Of a stretch of DNA of 64,000 nucleotides, positions 19,516 to 29,436 are shown in pieces. This DNA is from Thermodesulfobacteriota bacterium (GTDB taxonomy: Bacteria; Desulfobacterota; Desulfobacteria; Desulfobacterales; SURF-7). Positions within the stretch are counted from its first letter, which is position 1; the number at the start of each line of letters is the position of its first letter. Where the stretch lies: positions 224,001-288,000 of the forward strand of contig JBMORA010000009.1 of NCBI GenBank assembly GCA_049320885.1, read 5' to 3'. A program made the translations under genes and the position numbers. Under the pieces are notes generated by a model. The model was not told the DNA's origin. It saw only the letters and a list, made by a program, of their open reading frames with translations, and ran no database searches.

Positions 19516-20277
19516 CTATCGGTTTATCAGCAACGCGCCGGGAAATTCCCTGCGGATGGCCGCCAGCTTGCCGACAGCTTCCTCGCGGTTGCTGAAGCCT
19601 CTGATCCGCACGCGATACCAGTTTTCCTTTTTGGCATTCTGACCGGCGACGATGAAAGCCGGGTACCCGCTTTTTTTCAACCGCAATACCAACTGGTCGG
19701 CAGAGGCCGAATCCCGCGTGGCGGCCACCTGAATAACCTGATTGAAGGTTTCCGGATTGTCAAGGACAGATTTTTTCAGTGAATCGGCAACCGGCTTTTT
19801 CTCAACCGGCAGGGTTTTCGGTTTCGGCTTTATGTCTTTAGCCGCTGTTTTCACTGGTTTTTCTTCTTTTGTCGGCACGACGGGAGCGGCCGCCGTCTCC
19901 GGAGGTTTCGGCGGAGATTTGGGTTGGGAGGGAGCCGGGGGAGGAGGCAGGCTTACCGATGGGTCGATTTTTTCCTCTTTCAGTACATCGTAGAAATCGA
20001 CAGCCGGCCTTTCGGCAAGGGCCTCCGCATCTTCCCGGATGCTTTCCCGTTCCTTTTCCAATACCTGGGATTTCAGGGCGAGCAATTCTTTTTGCAGCCG
20101 GTCCATGTCGAAATGCACCGGAGCCGTTCCACGACCCACCAGGACACCCAGGACAAAGGTCCAGGCGGAAATGAACAGCACGGCCGCCGCCCATCCCGCC
20201 GCCCGTTTCCGGCTGAGCTGCAGAAACGGCTCGTCCTCATCCGGTTGATTTGTTGCTTTGCCGCACGATTGCTTCAT
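19516..20277 (-). CDS. SPOR domain-containing membrane protein (FtsN/DedD-like)
   Basis: TM helix FVLGVLVGRG, Pro/Lys-rich linker, C-terminal IQVAA...WYRVRI..F; follows argS. Confidence 0.85.
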   Translation of the reverse strand: MKQSCGKATNQPDEDEPFLQLSRKRAAGWAAAVLFISAWTFVLGVLVGRGTAPVHFDMDRLQKELLALKSQVLEKERESIREDAEALAERPAVDFYDVLKEEKIDPSVSLPPPPAPSQPKSPPKPPETAAAPVVPTKEEKPVKTAAKDIKPKPKTLPVEKKPVADSLKKSVLDNPETFNQVIQVAATRDSASADQLVLRLKKSGYPAFIVAGQNAKKENWYRVRIRGFSNREEAVGKLAAIRREFPGALLINR

Positions 20278-20285
20278 GTCCAGCG

Positions 20286-21962
20286 TTACATTTTTTCCGG
20301 TGCGGAAACACCCAACAGCGTCAAACCGTTCCGGATCATTTTTTGAACCGCCAGAACCAGACTGAGCCTGCCGTTTGTCAGCTCCGCATCCTCGGTCAGC
20401 ACCTTGTGTTTGTTGTAATAGGCATGAAATGCCGCAGCGAGCTCCATCAGATAATAGGTGATCCGGTGGGGCTCCAGCAATTCGGCCGCCGTTCGGACGA
20501 CCTCGGGATAATAGCCCAGCTGTTTGATCAAATCAATCTCTTCGGCCGCTTCCAGTCTGGCCAGCGCCGACGGATTCCATTCCACCGGCTGGATATGGTT
20601 TTCCTCGCGGGCCTTGCGGATGATGCTGGCGATCCTGGCGTGGACATACTGCACATAATAGACCGGATTTTCGTTGGTTTTTTTCTTCGCCAACGCCAGA
20701 TCGAAATCCAGCGGACTTTCATAATGCCGGGTCAGAAAAATGAAGCGGGCCGCATCGCGCCCCACTTCCTGGACGACTTCCTGCAGGGTGACGAATTCTC
20801 CCGAACGGGTGGACATGGCCACCGGCATCCCGTCGCGCTGCAGATTGACCAGGTGGACCAGAATAACATGAAACTGGTCTTTCCGTCTGCCGGAAGCCTC
20901 CACGGCGGCGGTGACGCGCTTGATATATCCGTGATGGTCGGCTCCCCAGACATCAATGACCCGTTCGAATCCGCGCTCATACTTGTTTTGATGATAAGCG
21001 ATATCCGAAGCGAAATAGGTCGTCAAACCGTTTTCCCGGACAACCACGCGGTCCTTCTCATCGCCGTATGCGGTGGTCCGGAACCATTTGGCGCCGTCTT
21101 TTCCATAGACCACGCCGCGGGATTCCATATCCTGAAGCACGGCCTGCACCGTCCCGTTATCGTACAAGGACTGCTCGCTGAACCACTGGTCAAAGGTGAC
21201 GCCGAAATCGGTCAGATCCGTCCGGATCCCTTTCAGGATGCTGTCCGCCGCGAACCGGGCGCAATAATCCACCGCGGCTCCGGTTTCCATCCGGAGCAAT
21301 TCCGCCCCTTTTTCCTCCCGGACCTGAGCCGCCAGTTCCCGGATATAGGCCCCCTGATAGCAATCCGCCGGAAAATCCACCTTTTCCCCCAGAAGCTCCC
21401 GGCAGCGCAGGAAAACCGACAGGCCCAGGGTCCGGATCTGGCGTCCGGAATCGTTGATGTAATACTCCCGCTGGACATTGTAGCCGCAAAAGGAAAGAAT
21501 ATTGGCCACCGAATCGCCCACGGCCGCGCCGCGACCATGCCCCACATGGAGGGGGCCGGTGGGATTGGCGCTAACGAATTCCACTTGAATGTTTCTGCCC
21601 GCCCCGATATTCGCGCGTCCGAACTGAATGTCGGCCCGCAGCATTTCCAGCAGCAGGGCATGCCAGGCCGCCGGGCGGATGAAAAAATTGATGAACCCCG
21701 GGCCGGCGATTTCCGTTTTGGCGATGATCCCGGTTTCATCCGGAAGATGGGCCAGCAGGATTTCGGCGATTTTGCGGGGAGGCATTTTCTGGGATGCGGC
21801 CATCTGCATTGCCAGATTGGTGGCGTAATCTCCATGGGCCGCGGATTTCGGCAACTCCACGGTGACTTCCGGGACAGCGGCGGACGGCAGCTGACCGCTT
21901 TTATGGGCGGCCCCGGCCGCCGCATGGATCATCTTTCGTAGTTTCTCTTTCATCTTCGCCAT
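20286..21962 (-). CDS. argS: Arginine--tRNA ligase
   Basis: [57 protein letters not shown]. Confidence 0.97.
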   Translation of the reverse strand: MAKMKEKLRKMIHAAAGAAHKSGQLPSAAVPEVTVELPKSAAHGDYATNLAMQMAASQKMPPRKIAEILLAHLPDETGIIAKTEIAGPGFINFFIRPAAWHALLLEMLRADIQFGRANIGAGRNIQVEFVSANPTGPLHVGHGRGAAVGDSVANILSFCGYNVQREYYINDSGRQIRTLGLSVFLRCRELLGEKVDFPADCYQGAYIRELAAQVREEKGAELLRMETGAAVDYCARFAADSILKGIRTDLTDFGVTFDQWFSEQSLYDNGTVQAVLQDMESRGVVYGKDGAKWFRTTAYGDEKDRVVVRENGLTTYFASDIAYHQNKYERGFERVIDVWGADHHGYIKRVTAAVEASGRRKDQFHVILVHLVNLQRDGMPVAMSTRSGEFVTLQEVVQEVGRDAARFIFLTRHYESPLDFDLALAKKKTNENPVYYVQYVHARIASIIRKAREENHIQPVEWNPSALARLEAAEEIDLIKQLGYYPEVVRTAAELLEPHRITYYLMELAAAFHAYYNKHKVLTEDAELTNGRLSLVLAVQKMIRNGLTLLGVSAPEKM

Positions 21963-22159
21963 AATTCCAGGATAATGAATTCAACCTCCAGCCCTCACCG
22001 CACCCCAAAGGCATCCGTCGCGTATGGACCGGAATTCCAGCCGGGCTTTATCGAAGGCGCTTGTTGAAAAGCGCCTTCCGCTACACGGATGGTGTCATGT
22101 CGGTATGGCAGGGCTTTCCGGATTGGTATGGATCGTGATGGACGAAACGCGGCGTTGGT

Positions 22160-22648
22160 TTATTTCTCCTCATCCTCTGCCAGCAATGCATCGTCGTCGT
22201 CCGCCACGCGCAGGGCCGAGGGAGGAGAGGCGATGGATTTGATGTCGCTTTCCTCCAGGAAATTTTCATCCTCGATTTCGTCTTCCAGCAGGTCATCGAT
22301 TTCAACGGATGTATCCAGTTCATCCAGGAGGGGTTCCCTTTCGATCCGGATTTTGGAAAGGAACTCACTGTCATCAAAGGACATTTCCACCGGTTCCTTG
22401 CCCCCGGACTGCAGAAATGTCCGGACGGCTTCCGCCAGCCGGACGGCGCAATTGCGGGCGGGATAAAAACTGGGTGTTCTGATGGCGGCCAGAAGGGCGA
22501 TATCGTCGTTCTGGGCGGCTTCGATCTTGGACCGGTCAAACACTTCCTCAAAAACCAGTGTCATCATGCCCTTGTCGAGTTCCGCCGATTCCTTGATGCG
22601 GAGCTCGTTTTCATTTTCGCCGTTTAAAATTAAATAATTATGTCTCAT
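22160..22648 (-). CDS. Hypothetical protein with a very acidic C-terminus
   Basis: 162-aa ORF with GGAG SD and a promoter upstream; Asp/Glu-rich tail. Confidence 0.7.
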   Translation of the reverse strand: MRHNYLILNGENENELRIKESAELDKGMMTLVFEEVFDRSKIEAAQNDDIALLAAIRTPSFYPARNCAVRLAEAVRTFLQSGGKEPVEMSFDDSEFLSKIRIEREPLLDELDTSVEIDDLLEDEIEDENFLEESDIKSIASPPSALRVADDDDALLAEDEEK

Positions 22649-22684
22649 TTGGTATCTCCTCGGGCAATCATGCCGAAATATAAT

Positions 22685-22720
22685 GCGCGCCTATTATAGG
22701 AGCTTTTCCTGTTTTTGCAA
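22685..22720 (-). promoter_or_regulatory. Sigma70 promoter with GC-rich discriminator
   Basis: Minus strand TTGCAA (22720-22715), 16 nt, TATAAT (22698-22693), then GCGCGC. Confidence 0.6.
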
Positions 22721-22859
22721 TAATAAAGCAACAAAGCCGCCGATGATGCAACTTGCCGCTGATAAATCCCAAAAAAATCTTGCCTATGGCGTGTTCAAAA
22801 AACTGAAAGGCCCTATTTCAATTGCAGGCAATTCCCCCTGGGGCCGGCTCAAGAAACTA

Positions 22860-22888
22860 TTGACCTTGAGCAATCGGAATGCTATCAA
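22860..22888 (+). promoter_or_regulatory. Promoter for the tRNA-Ser pair
   Basis: TTGACC, 17 nt, (TG)cTATCAA directly upstream of the tRNA. Confidence 0.45.
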
Positions 22889-22903
22889 CAAAAGTCCATG
22901 TGA

Positions 22904-22991
22904 GGAGGGATGGCCGAGTGGTTGAAGGCGGCGGTCTTGAAAACCGTTGAGTGTCAAAGCTCCGTGGGTTCGAATCCTACTCCCTCCGCCA
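22904..22991 (+). tRNA. tRNA-Ser (anticodon TGA)
   Basis: GGAGGGA/TCCCTCC acceptor stem, CTTGAAA anticodon loop, long variable arm, GGTTCGAATCC, encoded CCA. Confidence 0.96.
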
Positions 22992-22999
22992 GACTTTGC

Positions 23000-23093
23000 G
23001 GAGAGATGGCCGAGTCGGCTGAAGGCGCTCGCCTGCTAAGCGAGTGTGTGGTGTAAAGCTGCACCGAGGGTTCGAATCCCTCTCTCTCCGCCA
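23000..23093 (+). tRNA. tRNA-Ser (anticodon GCT)
   Basis: GGAGAGA/TCTCTCC acceptor stem, CTGCTAA anticodon loop, long variable arm, GGTTCGAATCC, encoded CCA. Confidence 0.96.
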
Positions 23094-23106
23094 TATCGAT
23101 ACATCC

Positions 23107-23138
23107 GGCCCGGCTCGTTGAGTCGGGCCTTTGTTTTT
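23107..23138 (+). terminator. Rho-independent terminator after the tRNAs
   Basis: GGCCCGGCTC-gtt-GAGTCGGGCC followed by TTTGTTTTT. Confidence 0.8.
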
Positions 23139-23151
23139 GGGCGGTAGGCGC

Positions 23152-23445
23152 TCAGATGGAAGCGATCTCTTCCATGACGGTGATCTCCGGGTTGCCGTCC
23201 AGGATCCCCAGTATCCGGGTCATGAAGGACTGGAAGTGCGGCGCTGTTGAATGAGCGTCCAGGGCGGCCTTGTCCTTGTAACGCTCCATGACCACCAGGG
23301 TGTTGGGCGTTTTCCTGGCCCGATTCAAGGTATAGCCGAGGGTGCCTTCCTCCCGGGCCACGTTTTGGATCAGTTCCCTGAAAAGTCCGATGGCCTCCTC
23401 CACCTTGCCTTCCTGTATCGGTAACTTCGCAATCAGTCCGAGCAT
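23152..23445 (-). CDS. Antibiotic biosynthesis monooxygenase (ABM) / putative quinol monooxygenase
   Basis: 97 aa; EEGTLGY...VMERYKD.AALDAHS.APHF; AAGGAG SD. Confidence 0.85.
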   Translation of the reverse strand: MLGLIAKLPIQEGKVEEAIGLFRELIQNVAREEGTLGYTLNRARKTPNTLVVMERYKDKAALDAHSTAPHFQSFMTRILGILDGNPEITVMEEIASI

Positions 23446-23544
23446 AACTATTTCTCCTTATGATAGTGTCCGAATGTGGCGACCCTTGCCCTGTGCCGGG
23501 GCACTGTATCAAGATCCATGGGGCTTGTAAACACGATAGCAGGG

Positions 23545-23560
23545 CTTTACCGCGGTAAAG
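23545..23560. promoter_or_regulatory. Perfect 16-bp palindrome CTTTACCGCGGTAAAG, candidate operator
   Basis: Lies in the divergent ABM / nitroreductase intergenic region. Confidence 0.4.
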
Positions 23561-23651
23561 ATTCCTGATATCCATACATTCTGATTGCTTGGCGCCGGGC
23601 CTTGCGGGATCTGTCAAATAACAAGGGCAACCAAGAATGGGGGAGAACGCC

Positions 23652-24575
23652 ATGAAAGTCGACCGAACCGTCACCACCCGAATCGATCCGGAGCGTTGCA
23701 CCGGATGCGGTCTGTGCATCGAGGTTTGTCCGGAAGAGACCATCAGCCTGCGGAACAAGAAGGCCGTCATTACCGGTGCTTCATCCCTGAATTGCGGACA
23801 CTGCGCTGCGGTTTGTCCCACCGGCGCCATATCGGTCGCCGGCATCGATCCGTCACTGACAAGTTTTAGCTCTTTTTCGTTGCAGGAGAAGTGGCTGCCC
23901 CACGGCCGGCCGGATACAGCCGACCTGGTCCACCTGATGCTCTCCCGGCGTTCCTGCCGGAATTTCAGATCCGATGCGGTCGCTCGTGATTTGTTGGAAG
24001 ACCTCGTGAAAATAGGAGTTACCGCTCCTTCCGGCTCCAACTGTCAGCCGTGGACCTTCACGATTCTGCCGGACCGGGATTCCGTGGATGCCCTGGGAAG
24101 GAGAACCGCGCAGTTTTTTCGCAAGCTGAACCGGATGGCGGAAAAGAGCTGGCTGCGTGCCGCCCTGAGGGTTATGGGCAAACCGGAACTGGAAGAGTAT
24201 TATCAGGCCTATTTCGAGAGCGTTCAGGAAGGTCTGGTGAAATACGACACTGGAAAAAAGGATTTGTTGTTTCACGGCGCCCCGGCCGCCATCATCGTGG
24301 GCGCCAGCCAGGATGCCAGCTGTCCCGCGGAAGACGCCCTGCTGGCCACCCAAAATATTTTGCTGGGTGCCCATAGCCTGGGGCTTGGAACCTGTTTGAT
24401 CGGCTTTGTGGTCGCGGCCATGAAGGCGGACAAGGGGATCGGCCGCTTTCTGGGGCTGCCCCGGGATGAAAAGGCCTACGCGGTGATCGCCGTGGGGTAT
24501 CCTGCCGAAACATACCAACGTGTCGCCGGCCGGAAAAAGGCGCGCATCCGTTTTGTCCGTTTACCGGCCGCCTGA
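23652..24575 (+). CDS. Nitroreductase family protein with N-terminal 2x[4Fe-4S] ferredoxin
   Basis: CTGCGLCIEVCP and (S)LNCGHCAAVCP; RRSCRNF, APSGSNCQPW, LGLGTCLIG, AVGYP. Confidence 0.9.
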   Translation: MKVDRTVTTRIDPERCTGCGLCIEVCPEETISLRNKKAVITGASSLNCGHCAAVCPTGAISVAGIDPSLTSFSSFSLQEKWLPHGRPDTADLVHLMLSRRSCRNFRSDAVARDLLEDLVKIGVTAPSGSNCQPWTFTILPDRDSVDALGRRTAQFFRKLNRMAEKSWLRAALRVMGKPELEEYYQAYFESVQEGLVKYDTGKKDLLFHGAPAAIIVGASQDASCPAEDALLATQNILLGAHSLGLGTCLIGFVVAAMKADKGIGRFLGLPRDEKAYAVIAVGYPAETYQRVAGRKKARIRFVRLPAA

Positions 24576-24604
24576 ATATCCGGCCATCCATCGAAAGGCG
24601 GAGG

Positions 24605-25435
24605 TCAATACAATCTTTCGTCGGCCTGGACATCTCCGAACCAGCGCTCAAAGGTCGTATTGTAAAGGGTCCAGGTTAAAAAATTGGAGATTCCCCACTG
24701 GACCGAAAAGGCCTGCTCCGGGCAGCCATTCAAACACCGGTAACACCGGATGCAGGTAGCGGCGATTTCCGGTTTGGGATTGAGGCGGATGCTTTTCGTC
24801 GGACACTCGTTGACGCACCATGCACAGCTGTTGCAGCGATCTCCGGCTTTGGGCATGGGCATGAGGAACCGCATCAGCGGCTCCTTCAGAATTGCGCCCA
24901 TGAAATGGTACAGACCCAACCCATGCCGGAATGCTTCCGGGCGGCTATCCTTCATGGGCCCCGATGAATCCGATGCCAGATGGTTCAACAGGGCCGTGGC
25001 AAATCGCCGGGCCTGTTCCAGATCGGATCGATCGGGGCGGCCCGGAAAACGGCCCACGAGACAAGGAATGGGATAATAACAGGTCCCCCGACATAAAAAC
25101 CCCCCTGCAACTCTGGCGCCTTTGGTTTTCAAGGGGCCGGCCAGATCCCACAACACCCGGCCGGGAGCGCCGCCGGAAGTCGAGAAAACAAAGGCCTTCT
25201 TGCCTTCCAGGGAAGGCAGGCCGCGGAGAAATTCCCGCACCGGCGTCGGCGCCTGGCTTTCAAAACAGGGGGCGCCCACGCCGACAAGATCAGCCGCGGC
25301 AACATCGGCATGGGTGGCCTTCTTGAACGCGATGGTTTTCACGGCATGCCCGGCCTCCTGGCAGACACCGGCGATGGCCTTTGCCACCTTGCGGGTGTTT
25401 CCTGTCTGGGAGAAGCAGACGATATGGATTTTCAC
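24605..25435 (-). CDS. EFR1-type flavodoxin-ferredoxin fusion
   Basis: FSQTGNTRKVA flavodoxin start; C-terminal CNSCAWCVNECP and CIRCYRCLNGCP. Confidence 0.85.
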   Translation of the reverse strand: MKIHIVCFSQTGNTRKVAKAIAGVCQEAGHAVKTIAFKKATHADVAAADLVGVGAPCFESQAPTPVREFLRGLPSLEGKKAFVFSTSGGAPGRVLWDLAGPLKTKGARVAGGFLCRGTCYYPIPCLVGRFPGRPDRSDLEQARRFATALLNHLASDSSGPMKDSRPEAFRHGLGLYHFMGAILKEPLMRFLMPMPKAGDRCNSCAWCVNECPTKSIRLNPKPEIAATCIRCYRCLNGCPEQAFSVQWGISNFLTWTLYNTTFERWFGDVQADERLY

Positions 25436-25464
25436 GGCATCGCTCCTTTCCGTTTTTCAGCCGG

Positions 25465-26004
25465 CTATCCGAGGTGGTTGGCGATGGCCAAAGGCGAGGG
25501 GACATCGCCGATGGTTTTCCCATAGTGAGCCCAGGCGATGGTCTTTTCCCGGGAAACCACAAAAACCGCCGGAAGCTGGGTCTCCCGGCCTTCAAATTTT
25601 CCATGGCGAAACCCGCGCGCGGTTGCCTTGACGGCAGCCACAAGACCGGCCGGATGAAGGTATTTGAAGATTCCGCCGGTTTCGACCCCATACAGCCGGA
25701 AGAGTTCTCCCGTCGGGTCGCAGACGATGGTGAAGGGCCAGTCTTCCGGGTTGGCGTGGATGGCGAGGGTGGCCGGCGGACTCTGCAGGAATACCAAAAC
25801 CTCGGCCTGCTTGCGGTTGAACAGGCCGATCTCCCGCTTCAAATCGGCCATCTCCATCCGGCAGACCGGGCAGCCGAAATATCGCAGAAAAACCAGCACC
25901 GCGGTTTTCCCGGCTGTGGCGGAATAGAAGTTCCGGCTGATGTCCCACGGGGTCTCGAAACGGAAGTCCTCGGCTTTGTCGCCCGGTTTGAGCATCGGTG
26001 CCAT
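25465..26004 (-). CDS. Peroxiredoxin-like (AhpC/TSA) protein
   Basis: LKPGDKAEDF, FLRYFGCPVC, CDP...LF..YG, QLPAVFVV. Confidence 0.8.
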   Translation of the reverse strand: MAPMLKPGDKAEDFRFETPWDISRNFYSATAGKTAVLVFLRYFGCPVCRMEMADLKREIGLFNRKQAEVLVFLQSPPATLAIHANPEDWPFTIVCDPTGELFRLYGVETGGIFKYLHPAGLVAAVKATARGFRHGKFEGRETQLPAVFVVSREKTIAWAHYGKTIGDVPSPLAIANHLG

Positions 26005-26077
26005 CTGGGTAACGCCTCCTCTTAATATTTCTTTTTTATCCGATTGGTTATCTCTCTATGACAAAAAATGGACGCTG

Positions 26078-27961
26078 TCAAGGCCGCGGCGCTTCCTCCT
26101 GTTCCAGGAACACCAGCGACCGGATTTGGGTATTCCACAGAAACAGTTTCCGTCCATCCGGCAACCGGCCGCTGAACCCGCAGGGTTTGCATCCCAGGAG
26201 TTTCACCACTTCGCCGTTCCTCATGACCAGGGTTTGCACCATGGGTCGGCCCATTTCCGAGACCGGGTCCCTGGCTTCAAAGCCGTGATCGAGCCGTCGG
26301 ATTTCCTCGAAGGGCAGCAACTTGTATTCCTCCCTGGTGAAAACCCTTCCTAAGATATTCGTCCGGGGGGTTACCCGGTAGGAGCCGGAATAGAAATAGA
26401 TCTGGTGAAGGTCGAACTCCCGGCCCCGGGTATCGGTCAGACGTCCGCGAAACCCCTGCTCTTCGGCGGCTGCGCCAAAAGCCGCAGCGACAACCGGATA
26501 ATCGTCCTTTCCGGATTTGGAGGCCCGGGGGCTGATGCGGGTCTCACCGATTTCCAGCCAGAGAGGGAAGTCCCGGATTTGAAGCCATTCTTCCACATCG
26601 GCGATTTGAAGGGTCGGATGAGGGAAGTAGGTGTCCAGGGACAGCTCATAGGTTCCGGGTTCCAGCTTTCTCATCAGGTCCGGATTGAATTCCTCCCAGC
26701 AGCCTTTCATTCCGCCGCCGATCAGGCCCGGTACATCATCCGGCGGATCGAGAAATCGTTCGTCATCCACAACGTGCAGGGTGATGATGCCGTACAGCAT
26801 TTCCGGCAACAACAGATTCGGAAACCAGGCGCCAACGCCCGCTTTGGTGTTGAAGCCCCATTGGAAGCGGGACAGGTCGATGTTGTTTGTAAAATAGTCG
26901 GGAGAATGATTCCCGGTGAAGCGGAATCCGTCGCGGTTCCGGTCGGTATAGGCCATGCCGCCCTTCAGGCCGGGAAAGTCGCCGTATATTTTCCAGGTCC
27001 AGTCATTGATACCGAAGGTGTTGAACACCCATTTGAGCCGGAACGGAATGGTCAGTTGGACCGGCGTATAGGTGAGGCGCTCATAGTATTCATTGATGGA
27101 AAAAATCGAGGGCGAGGAAAGGTTGAACAGAATGCGGAAATGGTTTTCCACGCGGCGCAGCACGCGTACCGGTCCGTCCTTCCAGCCGATGACCAGGGAT
27201 TTGAAATCCTCCTCGGTTTTATGGATGTGAATGAGATGGAAGAACGCATCCACCGACAGGCGGACCTTGATCCGGTCGAAAAAATCCCGGCCGTTGCCGC
27301 CCGCGGATTCCGGATAGACAATGTCCATGTAGAAAGGAGCGCCCTTCCGGTATTTGAGGCGGTAATAAGCGCTCCGGACGATTTCTTTTTCCGGAAGGTA
27401 TTCCACATAATCGGTCGGGGACATCGGCGGGGCGTTTTCCGGAAAATGAATGAGGTAGATCCAGCCTTTCCGGGAGGCATCCCTGGGATCGCTGACGATG
27501 ATTTCCATCCCCCTGTCGCCCAGTGTTTCCCAGGCAGTCGGAAGCACTTGCCCGCCCGCATCCTTGGCCATCAATACCATCTCGTCGTTGTAATCAAAGC
27601 GGCCCTTGTCAACATCCCGCCCGGACGCTTTGCCGTTTGTCAAAATGAACTCTCCCTCCGGGTCCCGCTCATCAATTTGAAAGGGGATGACCTTGAACCG
27701 ATTTCCGTCGTGGGCGAACAGCCGCAGGTTTTCAATCCGGGTGCCATGGAATTGGGGCAGCAGATCGCCGGGCACCACCAGCGGATCATATCGGCGGGCC
27801 AGGGTTGTGGGGACGAGAAGGATTTCCGGATGACCGCCCGGTCCCGGATCAGAGAGACTTTCCAGAACCATCCCGGGCTCTCCCGCCCCAACCGGCGTGA
27901 TGATGAGTGTCATCATCCAGATCACGGCAGGAAACAAAAGTCTTGTCCGGAAAGCTCCCAT
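26078..27961 (-). CDS. Large secreted hypothetical protein
   Basis: Signal-peptide-like N-terminus from MGAFRTRLLF; IPFQIDERD...DYNDEMVLMAKDAG and DGPVRV segments; no catalytic motif recognised. Confidence 0.65.
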   Translation of the reverse strand: MGAFRTRLLFPAVIWMMTLIITPVGAGEPGMVLESLSDPGPGGHPEILLVPTTLARRYDPLVVPGDLLPQFHGTRIENLRLFAHDGNRFKVIPFQIDERDPEGEFILTNGKASGRDVDKGRFDYNDEMVLMAKDAGGQVLPTAWETLGDRGMEIIVSDPRDASRKGWIYLIHFPENAPPMSPTDYVEYLPEKEIVRSAYYRLKYRKGAPFYMDIVYPESAGGNGRDFFDRIKVRLSVDAFFHLIHIHKTEEDFKSLVIGWKDGPVRVLRRVENHFRILFNLSSPSIFSINEYYERLTYTPVQLTIPFRLKWVFNTFGINDWTWKIYGDFPGLKGGMAYTDRNRDGFRFTGNHSPDYFTNNIDLSRFQWGFNTKAGVGAWFPNLLLPEMLYGIITLHVVDDERFLDPPDDVPGLIGGGMKGCWEEFNPDLMRKLEPGTYELSLDTYFPHPTLQIADVEEWLQIRDFPLWLEIGETRISPRASKSGKDDYPVVAAAFGAAAEEQGFRGRLTDTRGREFDLHQIYFYSGSYRVTPRTNILGRVFTREEYKLLPFEEIRRLDHGFEARDPVSEMGRPMVQTLVMRNGEVVKLLGCKPCGFSGRLPDGRKLFLWNTQIRSLVFLEQEEAPRP

Positions 27962-28147
27962 GACTTTGTGATAACACAAAAAACGGAAGATACAAGAATA
28001 AAGATTCAAGCGACATCGGGATGGAGTAATCAGTAAAAACCGCTTCCCCAATCGCACGGTATACGACGGGAGGGTGGGGTCCGGTTGGAAAAAAGCGGTC
28101 GCAAAAGCAACGGCCAAGGCGATGGGGGATATCCGCCTTCCTGTGAA

Positions 28148-29431
28148 TTATGAATCCGGAAACACCATGCGCAGCAATTGTTCGCGGCTGATCATGCCCT
28201 TGAAGCATCCATTCTGATCCAGCACCGGCAGGCGCTTGATTCCCTTGGCCGTCATGAGGTGAATCGCCTCGTCGAGAACGGTTTCTTCCAAAACTGTCAG
28301 GAGATTCCTCTGCATCACCTCGCCGGCTGACTTTTTAAGCAGATTTCCGCCCGGGCCCCTGTCCGGACGGGACTGACCCCTGCGGTGCGTCAAGGCGGCG
28401 ATATACTCCCAAACGCCCCTGGGGTGACGGTCGAAAACGGCCAGCAGATCCCGGTCCGAGATCATTCCCAGAAACCGTCCGGCTTTGTCCACCACCGCCA
28501 CCCGCTGAATCCGGTCGGCATCGATGAGTCGGATCACCTCCAGCACGGGCGTTTCTGGTAATACGCTGCGGGTTTCCCGGTGCATGATGTCGGACACGAA
28601 CCGCGGATCGTCGGTGGCGACATTTCTCTGCCGCAAGGCCTGGCGGTTGGGAAAATCCCTGGAGATGGCCTGAAAAATATCGATCCGCGACAGCATCCCG
28701 GCCAACCGTCCTTCTCCATCCGTCACCGGCATGCGTTTCACCTGGTGCCGGATCATGGCGCGGACGGCGTCCGTTGCCAGGGAATCGGCACTGATGGTGA
28801 CCACCGGGTGGGACATGATTTCCTCGGCGCATTTTCCGGCAAGTTCCGCCAGCAATCTATCCATTGCCGATCGATCCGCTGTCGGCATCAGGCCGACCCG
28901 CAGGGGCAGGTTCGCCCGGTAGATCAAATCCGTCTGGGTGATGATGCCCGCCGGCCGGTTCTGCTCATCCACCACCGGAACACCACGAAAGTCGGCATTG
29001 CACAGCAGTCGCGCCGTGTCGCTAACCGGGGTTTTTCTCGATACGGCTTTTGGGGCGGGTGTCATGATATCCCGGACACGCAGGTGGCTGGGAATCAGGG
29101 ACGGACGGATCCGGTAGCGATGGATGGTGATTTCCCGGCTGGTGACGATTCCCTCGCCGACCATGGCTTCCATTTCCGGCAAGACCCGCGCCAGTTCAGA
29201 GGACGGCAGCAGGATTTCGACTTTTATGGGCATATTATAAGACAATTCCAGGATATTGCGCGTGGCCCGGTCCCCGTTTTCATAACAGGCGTCGGTCCCT
29301 TTCAAAACCATGCAGCGGGCTCCGATTTTCAGATCCCGGGTATAATCCACCAGGGCCTCGGCCAGGGATTTGCGGCCGGAACGCGCACTTTCGCTGATAA
29401 AGATTTCAATCATGCTGTATGGAAAAGTCAT
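28148..29431 (-). CDS. DUF190 (PII-like) domain fused to four CBS domains
   Basis: IEIFISE...LELSYNMPIKVEI (DUF190); four CBS repeats (V.DIM...VPVVD...GII...DL). Confidence 0.85.
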   Translation of the reverse strand: MTFPYSMIEIFISESARSGRKSLAEALVDYTRDLKIGARCMVLKGTDACYENGDRATRNILELSYNMPIKVEILLPSSELARVLPEMEAMVGEGIVTSREITIHRYRIRPSLIPSHLRVRDIMTPAPKAVSRKTPVSDTARLLCNADFRGVPVVDEQNRPAGIITQTDLIYRANLPLRVGLMPTADRSAMDRLLAELAGKCAEEIMSHPVVTISADSLATDAVRAMIRHQVKRMPVTDGEGRLAGMLSRIDIFQAISRDFPNRQALRQRNVATDDPRFVSDIMHRETRSVLPETPVLEVIRLIDADRIQRVAVVDKAGRFLGMISDRDLLAVFDRHPRGVWEYIAALTHRRGQSRPDRGPGGNLLKKSAGEVMQRNLLTVLEETVLDEAIHLMTAKGIKRLPVLDQNGCFKGMISREQLLRMVFPDS

Positions 29432-29436
29432 GGAAT

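Noticed and set aside
20250..21941. Long antisense ORFs (e.g. 20250-21941 +, 26405-28036 +, 38171-39724 -, 6018-7235 +, 30031-31233 +)
   Set aside because: They are shadows of recognisable genes on the opposite strand, expected in GC-rich DNA; no motifs or RBS.
25465..26004. Selenocysteine in the AhpC/TSA-like protein
   Set aside because: The CxxC motif is encoded by Cys codons; no in-frame TGA.
22904..26100. tRNA-Ser-anchored genomic island
   Set aside because: No integrase and no duplicated tRNA 3' end seen; downstream genes have host-like composition.
27965..27980. Rex or CRP binding site
   Set aside because: Half-site spacing is shorter than TTGTGA-N6-TCACAA; kept only as an unassigned palindrome.
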